Assembly: GCF_006345805.1 (NCBI RefSeq)
Contig: NC_043006.1
Coordinates: forward strand, 56,048,001 to 56,112,000
Reading direction: 5' to 3'
DNA length: 64,000 nt
Origin: Octopus sinensis
Taxonomy: Eukaryota
Below, in pieces: positions 42,560 to 54,089 of the stretch. The number at the start of each line of letters is the position of its first letter. Position 1 is the first letter of the stretch. The notes under the pieces were generated by a model. The model saw only the letters and a program-made list of their open reading frames with translations. It had not been told where the DNA came from and searched no databases. The position numbers were made by a program, and so were the translations under genes.

Positions 42560-42615
<56 letters not shown>

Positions 42616-42667
42616 TTGTGCGTGTATTTTGGTTCATATATATATTTATATTTTGATTGTACTTTAT

Positions 42668-42795
42668 AATCTCTGACGATGCCTAGGGATATATATAAGT
42701 ACCACATTTTCAATTGCCTACCACGTCAATACACGTGACTAATATAGGCATAAAGAGTTGCTATTATCCATAGGCTGAAACAGCTGTAAGTGATT
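42668..42795 (+). ncRNA. Type-I hammerhead motif with long stem II and imperfect stem I
   Basis: AATCT-CTGACGA-T-GCCTA...TAGGC-T-GAAAC-AGCT-GTA-AGTGATT. Confidence 0.65.
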
Positions 42796-43313
42796 TTAAT
42801 AATTTATATTCATGTTTTTTAATAACTACTTGTATTCTTATGATATAAGCATTGAATAAAATACTGTATGTATGCTATTATGGTTGTCGTTTTGATAGAT
42901 AAATAAGTCAACATTTTAATGTCCTAAAGCTGATGAACCAACTAATGTGCTTCTCCATTTTCTTATTTGTAATATAAATTATATATTCTTCTTCTTCTTC
43001 TCCTTCTCCTTCTCCTCCTCCTCCTCCTCCTCTTCCTTCTTCTTCTTCTTCTTCTTCTTCTTCTTCCCTACCAAGAATTCACAACGACCTCGAACCCACA
43101 AGAGTAAACAAGAGAGACAGAGACTGGCGGAAACAAGGAAGATGCCACTTGTATTCGAACACTATACAAATATTCTTTTAAAATATAAACTTTTCTTTTC
43201 ATTTTTCTAAATTTAATTGTTTAATTGTTACACTTGAAAAAGTCTCAATGACTGAAACCGGTACTGAAATGTTTTTTATAAAATTATTTTAGCATTTTCT
43301 ATCATGTCTTTTT

Positions 43314-43374
<61 letters not shown>

Positions 43375-44408
43375 TATATAGTAAATAATAGATACTTTTT
43401 GTGGTATATTTGTTTCTATTTGAATCTATTGTTTATTATCGATCTTCTATAAAAATGAAGTACTATCCTTAAATGTGCTTCTTTTCTATGCACAAACCAA
43501 TGGTATATCTAGAGGAACAATCGTTACTTTAACGAGATCCACCTTGTAATCACCCGAAGAGAGACATCTTCACTGACAGATATAACTAGCCAAATGGACA
43601 GACCCTGAAGAAGCTGAACAGAAAATCATGCCCAGTTGCTTGGGCAACTGCCCGTACCTTGTGCAGTGGAAACACGCGTAGTTCGTAACACTCTTAAAAA
43701 TATGCTGTATGGAATTGTAAAATAAGAGGAAATCATTTTTAAGGATAAGCAAGACTGCATATTCTGTAGACGGCATCTACTAGGAGCTTTATTATCCTAA
43801 ATAAAGATTCCAGACACTCCGTTTTCCGTATTAATAATCTAGAATACACTCAACGTGCACCGAAAAATTACGTATGTCCAGCACCGAAATGCACTTCCCC
43901 AGATGACATCTGGTTGCCGCAAGTTGTGAACGTGCTCTGCAGGTACACTACCAGGGACATAGGGATATTAACATAACAAGGTTTAGAAACTACACCTTAA
44001 AATATCCTACATAAACTTTAATTCTAAACACAACTGTCAGAAATTAATTAGCACCCTTGATTTGCTCTTCACTCAAGGTATGTGCTGTCACCTAGTGGCC
44101 ATATCTCGAACTATTGCTTTGTTGCGAGTTCACTGTTGCGCAGAACGATGACGTAACTTTGTTTGCAGAGCAGTTTGAGAGTCTACAGCCTTATGATGCT
44201 GACATAGCAGTGCAACAACAACTTGGAGTGTGGATGCAGACAAATCTTCCTTTGTTTAATAGATATAGGTAGCGCCTCGCAAGGACCGAAATCACACCAT
44301 ACTAAGTTTTCTCATCGCGTAAGACGTTTTGAACAGCTCGTAGGTTAATTGATTTAACCTATTTAATGTAGAAATTTGAGAAGTGCTAATTAATTTCTGA
44401 CGCAAGTG

Positions 44409-44441
<33 letters not shown>

Positions 44442-44493
44442 GAGAGAACTGTAGTTCGCTTGAAGCATTGTGTTATGTTTGTAATGAATAAAA

Positions 44494-44740
44494 AAGTTTT
44501 GAATGGTACAACAATGCACTATAATACATAAAATGGACTATATACCTGTTGTAATTTAGTTATCCTTTTTTCGGAAAAAGGAAAAGCCGTTAGAAAACCG
44601 ATTATAGCAGCGACTCCATCTAAAAATATCTGAAGAAGGAATTTTATTCCGAAATATGATCGGGCTATGGATAACTAAATTACAACAGGTGTATAGTCCA
44701 TTTTATGTATTATAGTGCATTGTTGTACCATTCAAAACTT
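44494..44740. repeat. Inverted repeat (72-bp arms) enclosing a decayed hammerhead core
   Basis: Arms 44494-44565 and 44669-44740; the spacer has CTGAAGA-A-GGAAT-TTT-ATTCC-GAAA-TATG-ATC. Confidence 0.75.
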
Positions 44741-44857
44741 GTTATCTTTTACACACACACACACGCACAGACACAGATACACACAGACACGCACGCACAC
44801 ACATACACACACACACGCACACACACACAGACACACAGACACACACAAACACACACA

Positions 44858-44908
<51 letters not shown>

Positions 44909-45320
44909 GAGGATGAAAAACGGTATATGTTACACCATTCAGAAAACATTTTTGTTATATTGAAATCATCTTTCTGATTATGTTCTTAAGAAAAGATAAT
45001 CTGACTGTCTGGAGAGAAAAGGACAGTTGGGCACGCGTATTTCTATCGCAATAAACATAATCAGCTCCATCTTTTAATTAATGACGTGAATTTCGGAAAA
45101 ATTCTTGATTTTTTCAGATTCTTTCTTTATCTCATTAGGACTTAATTTAATTGGTAAATGGCACTGGCTTAGGCACTTTCGAAAAGAAGCTTACTACAGT
45201 AAATTAGGAATGTACCTGCTAAAGCATTTGATGTTACTTTTGTTGTCGATATTCAAACCATTGTCCAACCTGAATTATTCCTCTTATCTCACATACACAC
45301 ACACACACACACACACACAG

Positions 45321-45381
<61 letters not shown>

Positions 45382-45496
45382 AAAAACAGGGTGTACCCCA
45401 AAAATGTATACACGCTTTAAATAATTGTAAAGTAGGTGTTTATTAAAATACATTCTATTTTCAAAATTTAATAGAATCTACATATATATATATATA

Positions 45497-45885
45497 ATAT
45501 TTTATAATTATATACATAATTATAACAAGTGGTCAGCTTTATGCCTTACTGCGCACTGTAAGAAATAGACTCTAAAATTTTTTTTATTACCTTAAAATCT
45601 CCGAGAATAACACATTTTGTTGTGGGCAAGCAAAAGAAAAGTAATGAATCAATAAGGCTGATTAACTATGGACGCCTTTCGAACTTAAAACTTTTAAGTT
45701 CGAAACGCGTTTATAGTTAATCAACCTTACTGATTCATTATTTTTCTTTCGCTTGCCTACAATAAAATGTGTTATTCTCGCAGATTTTAAGGTAGTAAAA
45801 GAGATTTTAGCGTCTCTTTCTTACGGTGCGTGGTGAGGCATAAAGCCGACTCCTTGTTATAATTATGTATATAATTATAAAATAT
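45497..45885. repeat. 389-bp foldback palindrome with a 1-nt spacer centred at 45691
   Basis: GAACTTAAAA-C-TTTTAAGTTC at the centre; the arms match outward with mostly transition mismatches. Confidence 0.9.
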
Positions 45886-45982
45886 CTTGTAAAATTTACC
45901 TATAAGGTTTTTATTTCCCCACTGGCTACCTGGTAAAATTATTATATCTTTTATTATTAAAATAATACATACATACATACAA

Positions 45983-46027
<45 letters not shown>

Positions 46028-46109
46028 ACACACACGCACACACACACACATATATATATATATGTATATATAAATGGAGTTAAACGCAGGTATTAATCAA
46101 ATTCTTTTA

Positions 46110-46197
46110 CTTCCGACATATGTTTCGAAGACAACATTGGTATTATTCCAAAGGAATAAAATGGTGTAAAACAATGTAATCTTCTCATCAGGGGAAG
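46110..46197 (-). ncRNA. Type-I hammerhead ribozyme downstream of a Penelope remnant
   Basis: Minus strand: CTTCC(C)-CTGATGA-GAAGA-...-TCTTC-GAAAC-ATAT-GTC-GGAAG. Confidence 0.82.
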
Positions 46198-46569
46198 AAA
46201 GAAAGAAACCAAACTCATCAATAAGACATTTTAACAGAATGTGATGGATGTGTATAATGATGAACGGAAGGGTATTAAGTTTAAAAAAAAACGGTAGAAT
46301 ATATAACGTCAAAGGTAGCCTATCGAAAGGGAAGGGGTAAAGGAAAGAAATAAGCAGAAAAATAAAGGAAAAATATAGAGTGATATGTGAATTAAGATAA
46401 AAGCTTAAGTGCTTGGAAATAGTTATATCTAGTGGAAGCAAATGTTAGAAGAAAATCCATGTTCATATATAGAATGGTAGATATCACTTGTATGAACCAA
46501 AGGTATGTTACTGCCAATGTTTACATCAATAAGCAGGTTCTATGAACGTGTTTACAAGGGGATTCTTAG

Positions 46570-47240
46570 AAAATAAAATAGAAAATAGTTCACTATTTCA
46601 GAGTTGGCAGAATTCTTTACCTTTATCATATGGGGATGAAATGGAGAGAATCAACTAATCTAAATTGAACTGTTTATTATGGTCTTTTAGACACCAAATT
46701 ATTTTACTAAGCCTTGTACAGTTGCTTTTTATTACTATCCCTAAATGTATAGTAATGATTAGAAACCATTTTAGACAATTGAGAAGAACTACCTTTATAG
46801 AAAAAGACATCGGTACAGGAAGTAATTTTACACTGGTACATAGAGTTTTTAGTCTTAGAACTACCAGACATAAACTTAATTCTGTTGGAATTGACTTTAG
46901 AGACAATAACCTTGTTGTTAATATTTCTAGGGTATGGTTATTATTAGCTAAATTAATGTTATTATTTTCTGTAATTGGATTCTTATTTAACATACTAATA
47001 TTATGTGAAGAGATAATTTTTGAAAGGCTTTTTGTATTAGAAAAACTAATCCTAACTGCGTGCGAGTTGATAATCGAGTAATACCTAGAATTCTTTGGAA
47101 AATTCCTAATAATAGCTTCCCGAAACTGGAAAGGAAGACTAGACTTAATTTGTTTCCCATAAGGAATAATCAACCAAATAGTTTTGCTAGTAGTTGCCTT
47201 ATTTTTAGTGTAACTATCTTTAAAATACATCGATTTACCT
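46570..47240 (-). mobile_element. Penelope-like remnant (RT thumb/linker and GIY-YIG)
   Basis: IWLIIPY...FPKNSRYYSIINSHAVRISFS.TKSLSKIISSHN; CTRLSKIIWCLKDHNKQFNL. Confidence 0.8.
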
Positions 47241-47462
47241 TTAGAATGAAAAAAGCGGCTTAATAACGGTTATCTCCCTTACGCTGCAAAACACATCTTG
47301 TCTTGGCTACACGCGGGTGGGAAGGGGTTGGTGACACAAACTTTCATTCACACTTTGAATTTGGTGATACTGGTAACGGCTTTAGCTCGCTCTGATACTG
47401 ATTTGAGATGATGCCTTCTAGTATCTCGAAATTTAATATACAATTATTCATAATTGTAGTGT

Positions 47463-47553
47463 CCTATGCTGATGAGAAAAGAAGTTGGGTAAGACATGAT
47501 TATCTAATTCTTATGCTTTCCTAAAACTTAATTTCGAAACGTACGTCCGTAGG
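47463..47553 (+). ncRNA. Type-I hammerhead ribozyme, intact core
   Basis: CCTATG-CTGATGA-GAAA...TTTC-GAAAC-GTAC-GTC-CGTAGG. Stem I 6 bp (one G-U), palindromic stem III, predicted cleavage after 47547. Confidence 0.87.
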
Positions 47554-47740
47554 TGACTTAAAATTGTATGATAGATTGCCGTCATTTCATTCTCTCTTAC
47601 CTGTGTGTGTTTGCCTTTCAAGTGCTGTGTTTTTACTGAGATCCCCCTTTTAGTAGAAAGAATAGCTATAACTCTTTGACTGCTATTTCTAAATTCGGTG
47701 TGTGGTGAGGCAATTCGTTGCTAAACCCTTAATTACTTAG

Positions 47741-47812
<72 letters not shown>

Positions 47813-47889
47813 CATATATTTACATATATTTACATATATATATAAGGCGCATGGCTCAGTGGTTAGAGCGTCGAGCTTACGATCGATGT

Positions 47890-48635
47890 CAGGGCACATG
47901 CAAAAGTATGCAGAGTGAAGCCGCTTTACAAAGATTGTCCTTGAACACAGCTGTGCATTCGCATTAAGTTTTAACTGTCTAGCTCAGTTCCGCCGTTTAC
48001 AGCAGTACTTTGAAGGAAGGAATGTAGCGTCTGATCGTCGCATTAACCATGACAGAGAAACTTGTCATGGCGATACCTGCTCAGATGCCTACGCAAAGTT
48101 GCAGAAAGTGTACGGAGAGGAGTCTATGAGGTGCACACAAATCTACGAGCGGTTCAGTCTTTTCCAATATGGCCGAAAACATGTTGATATTGACGAGCCT
48201 CCTGGGAGACCCGCAACCAACAGAAGTGAGAAAAATATCGCTGATGTGCGTGCAGCTGTGAAGGAAAGCGTCGAATCACCACCCGTGAGTTATCAGAGGA
48301 TATACAGATTAGTTACGGTTCAGTTCTGTCCATTATTACTGAAAATTTGGGTATGAGACGCGTGTCTGGTAAGTTTGTGACTAGATCTCCTTGATTATGT
48401 CGAGATCGATGAAAACTTTTTTAAAAATTTGCGTAGGCCTCCAAGCTCTTGGCAAAATTTGATGCAGATTCTCTGCTCAACTTTTTGTGACACTTTCAAT
48501 GCAACGATCACACGCTACGCACCTTTCTTCCAAGTGCTTATAGACAATAGAGTTTAAGGTCAATCTGTGCCAAGCGGCTTCACTCTGCTTTGTTAATATG
48601 GCAACAGTTTGGATACTTATTGATCAGGCCACGTA
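47890..48635 (+). mobile_element. Mariner transposon remnant (HTH region, internally deleted or rearranged)
   Basis: LQKVYGEESMRCTQIYERFSLFQYGRKHVDIDEPPGRPAT; TIR-like end TTATTGATCAGGCCACG-TA. Confidence 0.75.
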
Positions 48636-48830
48636 TGTGTGTATATATGCGTGATGTGTATGCGAGTATATATATATATTTTTTTTTCACACGTACATAA
48701 ACGCAAACGCACACATACATGTGTACATATATACATACACACATAAGTGCATAACATATACGCATGTATGCACACATACATACATGCATACATACATACA
48801 TATACATACATACATACATACATACATACA

Positions 48831-48862
<32 letters not shown>

Positions 48863-49290
48863 CATACATACATACATATTTATTGCATTGTACTTACTTA
48901 ATCAGACTTTGAACTGAGTCAAATTTTTGCATAGTTTATTTTTTATGTTACTTTTAAAAATATCCTCTGCCTGCTTGCCGTTCAGTCTACTTCATAGAAT
49001 GTTATTTCATATCTGATGTCGCTTAAGTTGTTTTTCAACTTAGGAGTGTTTTCAGTGGGTCAGTCTGTTTTGTTGCTCTGTTGGTGTTGAGATTCCACTG
49101 TAATTCCTGCTACTAGCTTTTCAGAATGAATGTATTCTGTTGCTTGTAACGTAACTATTTGTGTGTACGTGTGTGCGTTTTCGTTTGTACATGTAAACGG
49201 ATATAGCGTGCACATGTCCGTGCGTGTGTGTGCGTGTGCGTGTGCGTGTACGCATGTGTGTAAATGTATATATATACACATATATATACA

Positions 49291-49365
<75 letters not shown>

Positions 49366-49384
49366 GCACATATATACATATATA

Positions 49385-49790
49385 CATAGCTTGCTTACCA
49401 ACCACACGGTTCCGGGTTCAGTCCCACTGCGTGGCATCTTGGGCAAGTGTCTTCTGCTATAGCCTCGGGCCGACCAATGCCTTGAGTGGATTTGGTAGAC
49501 GGAAACTGAAAGAAGCCTGTCGTATATATGTGTATATATATATATTTATATGTATGGGTGTATATGTTTGTGTGTCTGTGTTTGTTCCCCCCCCCCCAAA
49601 CATCGCTTGACAACAGATGCTGGTGTGTTTACGTTCCCGTCACTTAGCTGTTCGGAAAAAAGAGACCGATATAATAAGTACTGGGCTTACAAAGAATAAG
49701 TCCCGGGGTCGAGTTGCACGATTAAAGACGGTGCTCCAGCATGGCCGCAGTCAAATGACTGAAACAAGTAAAAGAGTAAAAGAGTATATA
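49385..49790 (+). mobile_element. tRNA-derived SINE; same family at about 16055-16475, 22610-23010, 39235-39485(-), 56445-56855 and 60645-61045(-)
   Basis: Shared head GGTTCCGGGTTCAGTCCCACTGCGTGGCA..TTGGGCAAGTG, internal microsatellite, tail GAAACAAGTAAAAGAGTAAAAGAGTA. Confidence 0.85.
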
Positions 49791-50259
49791 TACACACAAA
49801 TGCACACACATATACACGGACGCGCGTGCACACACACATATTTACAAGAGGTGCAGAATGGAATAGGAAATATCTAGGCAATATATGTTTCATAGCGAGC
49901 GGAACCTCGGAAGCGGTAAAATCCAAGGGCGGTGTATACAGCCGGCTGCTCCTCAGGCCAAGGATATCTTGATTCGATGAAAGGGTATATTGTCGCAAGG
50001 AGGTGCATGTTGACGCAAGGACGATTCAATCAAAATATGTAGAGAGCACAGTATGAGAGGAGCATATAAATGAAGGGAGAAATAAGTATTGTAAAGTATA
50101 GAAGCCATCTTATCATGGCTAACCACATTGGGGAGGGGGTGTTACTGTAGCTTTATAGCCCCAAGAGATCTTCGTTTCTAGCTGGCTCTAGACACAATAT
50201 CTGTGTCCTTGGAGTATTTGCAAAAGGAGGCCATCCCTTCCTCGCAAGCCTGAGTGATA

Positions 50260-50302
50260 CGCTCGAACTAGTTTCGGGATTGTTGTCCCTCGTCAACGGG
50301 CG
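50260..50302 (-). ncRNA. Minimal type-I hammerhead motif with variant core, adjacent to the Tx1 insertion site
   Basis: Minus strand: CGCCCG-TTGACGA-GGGA-CAACAA-TCCC-GAAAC-TA-GTT-CGAGCG. A related copy at 28887-28965 has GAAAC-TGCA-GTC. Confidence 0.62.
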
Positions 50303-50676
50303 GTAACCACCAGGTAGCGATGAAATTTTCTTTATTATGATCAATAGATCTAACATAGAATGGATACATTACAGGACAAAACAGTTACAAAAATGCTATG
50401 CGAGTTCGAATGAAATTTAAAAAATTACAAAATTAAAATTTTATGTCACTTGAACGAAAACTTGGCTTACTTTGCCTTGAAACGAAACCTTGGCTTACTT
50501 TTGCCTTTATCACGAGAACTTTTAGTGCGTATGTTTTCTTTTCATTTCTGTTTTTTTATTATTAATTCTTTATTTTAAACAGTTATGTACAGTGAAAGGT
50601 AATGGGAGGTACCAGTTTCAATTTTGAACCCGGCAGCCTATAAATCCCAGCAGCCGATCCCTCCTTTCCTCGATGA

Positions 50677-53600
50677 TTAAGCTGGGTTACTCTCACCCAC
50701 CTTTCTCATCACATCCTTCCAACGTTCCATATACTCTTTCTGTGGCAGGCTCCTCTTCTCCAACCCCATCTTGCTCTTCAGATGATATCCGAAGTATTTT
50801 AACAAACCGGGGCCAGAGATAAAGGACCCTTTCACTAGACCTTCCACTCTAGTTCTCCATACACACTCTTTCAATACTGCCACCGTACAGTAAAAACAAG
50901 CCTTACCTTCCTTTGAGAGTCCAGTTGGCGGTATCATCTTAATCATAGATCCAGCCGACAGCTGTACTCGTCCCAGATGCGACAACACGTGTTCCACGTA
51001 ACTTATCAAGCCTGACAGCTCCCGACATTGTACAAAAGCGTGTTGAACGGTTTCATCGTCCAACCCACATCTTGGACACGTCGGTGGCACTGACATTCCG
51101 TGCCTGGATAACTTCTCGCGAACAGGTAATGCATTCCTATAGCACTGCCAGGTCAGGGATTTTTGGTAATTATCCAAATACCCCGGCCTGAAAGTCTTCT
51201 TAAACAGGTTGGAGAGTTGATCCTCATCGAACCCCAGAGCCCTTCCTAGGACGTCGTCATTTTTTCCTCCTACCAGCCCTTTATAGAACACCGAGGTGGT
51301 ATTCCCGCTGCCGGCCTTACCCATCTTGTGGATCAGCCAGAGTGCCTGTCGGCACTCCTTCTGCCATGAAGTCAGTTTACGTCCTTTAATGAGACCGGGT
51401 GTAAATCCCTCCATAGAGGCCGGTCGCGGGAAGAATTCCTCTGCCAGCGAACTCCACACCTTATCATCCTCCAGGTAACACCAGAGGTGTCTCAGCCTCA
51501 ACGCATGCTTGCGCATCATTAGCCAAGGCATCCCCAGTCCACCCTTTAGCGGTTCCTGGCAACACACGGAGCGTCTCACAAGTGGCTTTCCTCCTTTCCA
51601 CAAAAAGCGGAAAAGAAGTCGTTCCAACTTGTTTAACCACGAATCGGGGCAAGGCACGACGGTCAGGCGGTAGGTGACGACAGAGGCTATAAACATCTGT
51701 GCCACCTCCGCCCTCCCTTTCAAGGAAAGATGCCTTCCGGACCACTTCCGTACTATGGCATCCACCTTGCTCGTTACCTCGCTCCAATTCTTCTCCGTCT
51801 GGGAGTCTGGACCAAACCATACTCCGAGCAATTTAACAGGACCATCCGTCCAGTGTCCAACAACACTGGACGGTATCTGCTTGTTCCTCCAGGTGCCGAG
51901 GCGCAAACCGATGGACTTGTCCCTGTTAACTTTTGCCCCTGCCACCGCTTCGTATCTATGGAGAGCACCTACTACCCGAGGTAGCTGTGTTCCGTTGGAC
52001 ACGATGAGGGTGACGTCATCCGCATAGGCAGAAACAGACTTACCGCATCCGATTTCATTAGGGTTGCCTCCCAACTTCTCCAGCTTCCGCAGCAATGGCT
52101 CAAGAGCCAAAACATACAGGAGCGGGGACAAGGGGCACCCTTGTCGAACTGAACGCTTGATCGAAAACGGCTCCGTTAGGTAACCGTTTATCTGGACTGT
52201 GGACTTGATGCCGCTGTACATAGCTGAGATCCACCCGCAGAAGCCAGGGCCCAGCCCAGCCGCTTCGAGAACCGCCGCCAAGTACCGATGGTCCACCCTA
52301 TCAAACGCTTTACTTTGGTCTAAATGGACCAATGCCCCTCCTTTGCCGTCTAATTTCCCGACCCTATCTATAGTGTAGCGGAGAAGGTGAAGATTATCCT
52401 GGATCGACCTGCCTGGGATTGCACATGTCTGTGCCTTCCCGACAAGTTTCTTCACGACAGCCGTCAACCTTTTTGCTAACACCTTGGCCAAAATCTTAAA
52501 CTCTACATTAAGTAGAGTTATGGGCCTGTAATTACTAATACTGTCCCCCTTGCTCGGGTCTTTCTGGACCAGCGTCACAACTCCCCGACTCACAGAGCTG
52601 GGAATCCTCCCATTCTGTTGCCAGTTTGCATAGACGCTTGCCAGTATGTCCCCGAACAAGTCCGGCATACAACAATAAAATTCATAGGGTAGACCATCCA
52701 ATCCCGGTGACTTTTCCCCGGCGCACTCGGCCATAACCCCTCTTACCTCCGCGGGAGAGATCGATCCTTCACAGCACTCCGCCTCACCTGCCGAGAGCCG
52801 AGGCCCACCAGCTAGGAAGTCCTTTAAGGTCTCCCCACGCTCGAGCGGGCCACCGCCCCCAAACAGCCGTGCGAAATGCTGGTGAAGGACCTTCTGCATC
52901 TCCTCCTGTCCATAGATCTTGCGGTCCTGCTCGTCAGTTAAGGACATAATACAGGACTTTTTGCCCTTCTGACTCTCCTCACGACGGGCCCATCCGGCAA
53001 CGTTAATACCTTCTCGTTTTCCTGCACGTAACTTAGCTCTGACTCTACACCCCTCGTGCTTGGCGTTGAGGTGACGGTACAATACCGCTCTCGCTGCCAA
53101 CACTCCGGATGCACAGCCAGATTCCATAGCCTCGTCTAAGTTCTTAACTAATTCGCCCTCTATTCTAGTCCTATCTAAACTTAGCTGCTTGCTAAATCTA
53201 ATGGACTCCAAACGGATGGCTCTTTTGAGGGCGAGCCACCATCTATTATTAATGATGGTGCCACATAATGCCCTCTGTACTAATTCCTTAATCCGGGTAC
53301 GGAAAGCTTCACAGGTCAAAATAGACTTGTTCATCTTCCAGTACCCGGGACCTTGTCTATGGCATTTATCTACATGTACCTCACACGTTACAAGTTTGTG
53401 ATCCGTGTAAGGCACAACAGAGAATTGTGGACAGCTAACACTATTCCTATCTCGTTCCTTAACAAATACTCTATCTATGTACGATCTGAGTGAGCCGTCG
53501 TTATTACTCCACGTCCACTGTGGAACGTTCGGCTCATCCAGTCGAAAACGGTCTACTAGATTAAAGCTCGCTAGTAGAGCCTTGAGGCCAGGATTCCCCT

Positions 53601-54066
53601 TCCTATCGCTCGAGCCTACACCATCCACCCGCGCATCGAGAATGGTGTTGAAATCCCCTACCAAGACTACCGTTTTGGACGTCACTAGAAAGTGCTCCAG
53701 TTCCCGATAAAAACCGGTCTGCCCACGTCCGTTAGGAGCGTAGACAGCCACCAACCTGAAGGACTGCTTACTCACGTGCGTCACATCTAGGACAACCAGC
53801 CTACCTTCTGGGTCCAAAAAGACAGTACTTACCTGTAAGTCCAAGTTCTTCCTGAAAAGAACTGCCACGCCTGCACCTCCCCCTCGGCTAGGAGAAATAA
53901 ATTTCTCGTAACCATTGAGAAGTGGTGAGAACGCTTGGGGTCCCTTCATCTTGGACTCGGTAACAATAGCTACTTCGATTCTATGTGAAATGAGGTCGTC
54001 ACGAAAACAAGCCTGTTTCCATTTCGATCCCATTCCACGCACATTTATACAACCTAACTTAATCAT
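50677..54066 (-). CDS. Tx1 ORF2: APE endonuclease, reverse transcriptase and zinc finger (1129 aa, intact)
   Basis: INVRG, VYAP, GDFN, TDHK, PGLDG, YRPITLLN, DQSKAFD, VRQGCPLSP, YADD, CPRC...ETVQHAFVQC. Confidence 0.95.
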   Translation of the reverse strand: MIKLGCINVRGMGSKWKQACFRDDLISHRIEVAIVTESKMKGPQAFSPLLNGYEKFISPSRGGGAGVAVLFRKNLDLQVSTVFLDPEGRLVVLDVTHVSKQSFRLVAVYAPNGRGQTGFYRELEHFLVTSKTVVLVGDFNTILDARVDGVGSSDRKGNPGLKALLASFNLVDRFRLDEPNVPQWTWSNNDGSLRSYIDRVFVKERDRNSVSCPQFSVVPYTDHKLVTCEVHVDKCHRQGPGYWKMNKSILTCEAFRTRIKELVQRALCGTIINNRWWLALKRAIRLESIRFSKQLSLDRTRIEGELVKNLDEAMESGCASGVLAARAVLYRHLNAKHEGCRVRAKLRAGKREGINVAGWARREESQKGKKSCIMSLTDEQDRKIYGQEEMQKVLHQHFARLFGGGGPLERGETLKDFLAGGPRLSAGEAECCEGSISPAEVRGVMAECAGEKSPGLDGLPYEFYCCMPDLFGDILASVYANWQQNGRIPSSVSRGVVTLVQKDPSKGDSISNYRPITLLNVEFKILAKVLAKRLTAVVKKLVGKAQTCAIPGRSIQDNLHLLRYTIDRVGKLDGKGGALVHLDQSKAFDRVDHRYLAAVLEAAGLGPGFCGWISAMYSGIKSTVQINGYLTEPFSIKRSVRQGCPLSPLLYVLALEPLLRKLEKLGGNPNEIGCGKSVSAYADDVTLIVSNGTQLPRVVGALHRYEAVAGAKVNRDKSIGLRLGTWRNKQIPSSVVGHWTDGPVKLLGVWFGPDSQTEKNWSEVTSKVDAIVRKWSGRHLSLKGRAEVAQMFIASVVTYRLTVVPCPDSWLNKLERLLFRFLWKGGKPLVRRSVCCQEPLKGGLGMPWLMMRKHALRLRHLWCYLEDDKVWSSLAEEFFPRPASMEGFTPGLIKGRKLTSWQKECRQALWLIHKMGKAGSGNTTSVFYKGLVGGKNDDVLGRALGFDEDQLSNLFKKTFRPGYLDNYQKSLTWQCYRNALPVREKLSRHGMSVPPTCPRCGLDDETVQHAFVQCRELSGLISYVEHVLSHLGRVQLSAGSMIKMIPPTGLSKEGKACFYCTVAVLKECVWRTRVEGLVKGSFISGPGLLKYFGYHLKSKMGLEKRSLPQKEYMERWKDVMRKVGESNPA

Positions 54067-54089
54067 CGAGAAAAAAGAAAATTATTTAC

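Noticed and set aside
44110-44272. Short open frame (NDDVTLFAEQFESLQPY...) as an exon of a third gene
   Set aside because: No recognisable homology, no partner exons and weak splice signals.
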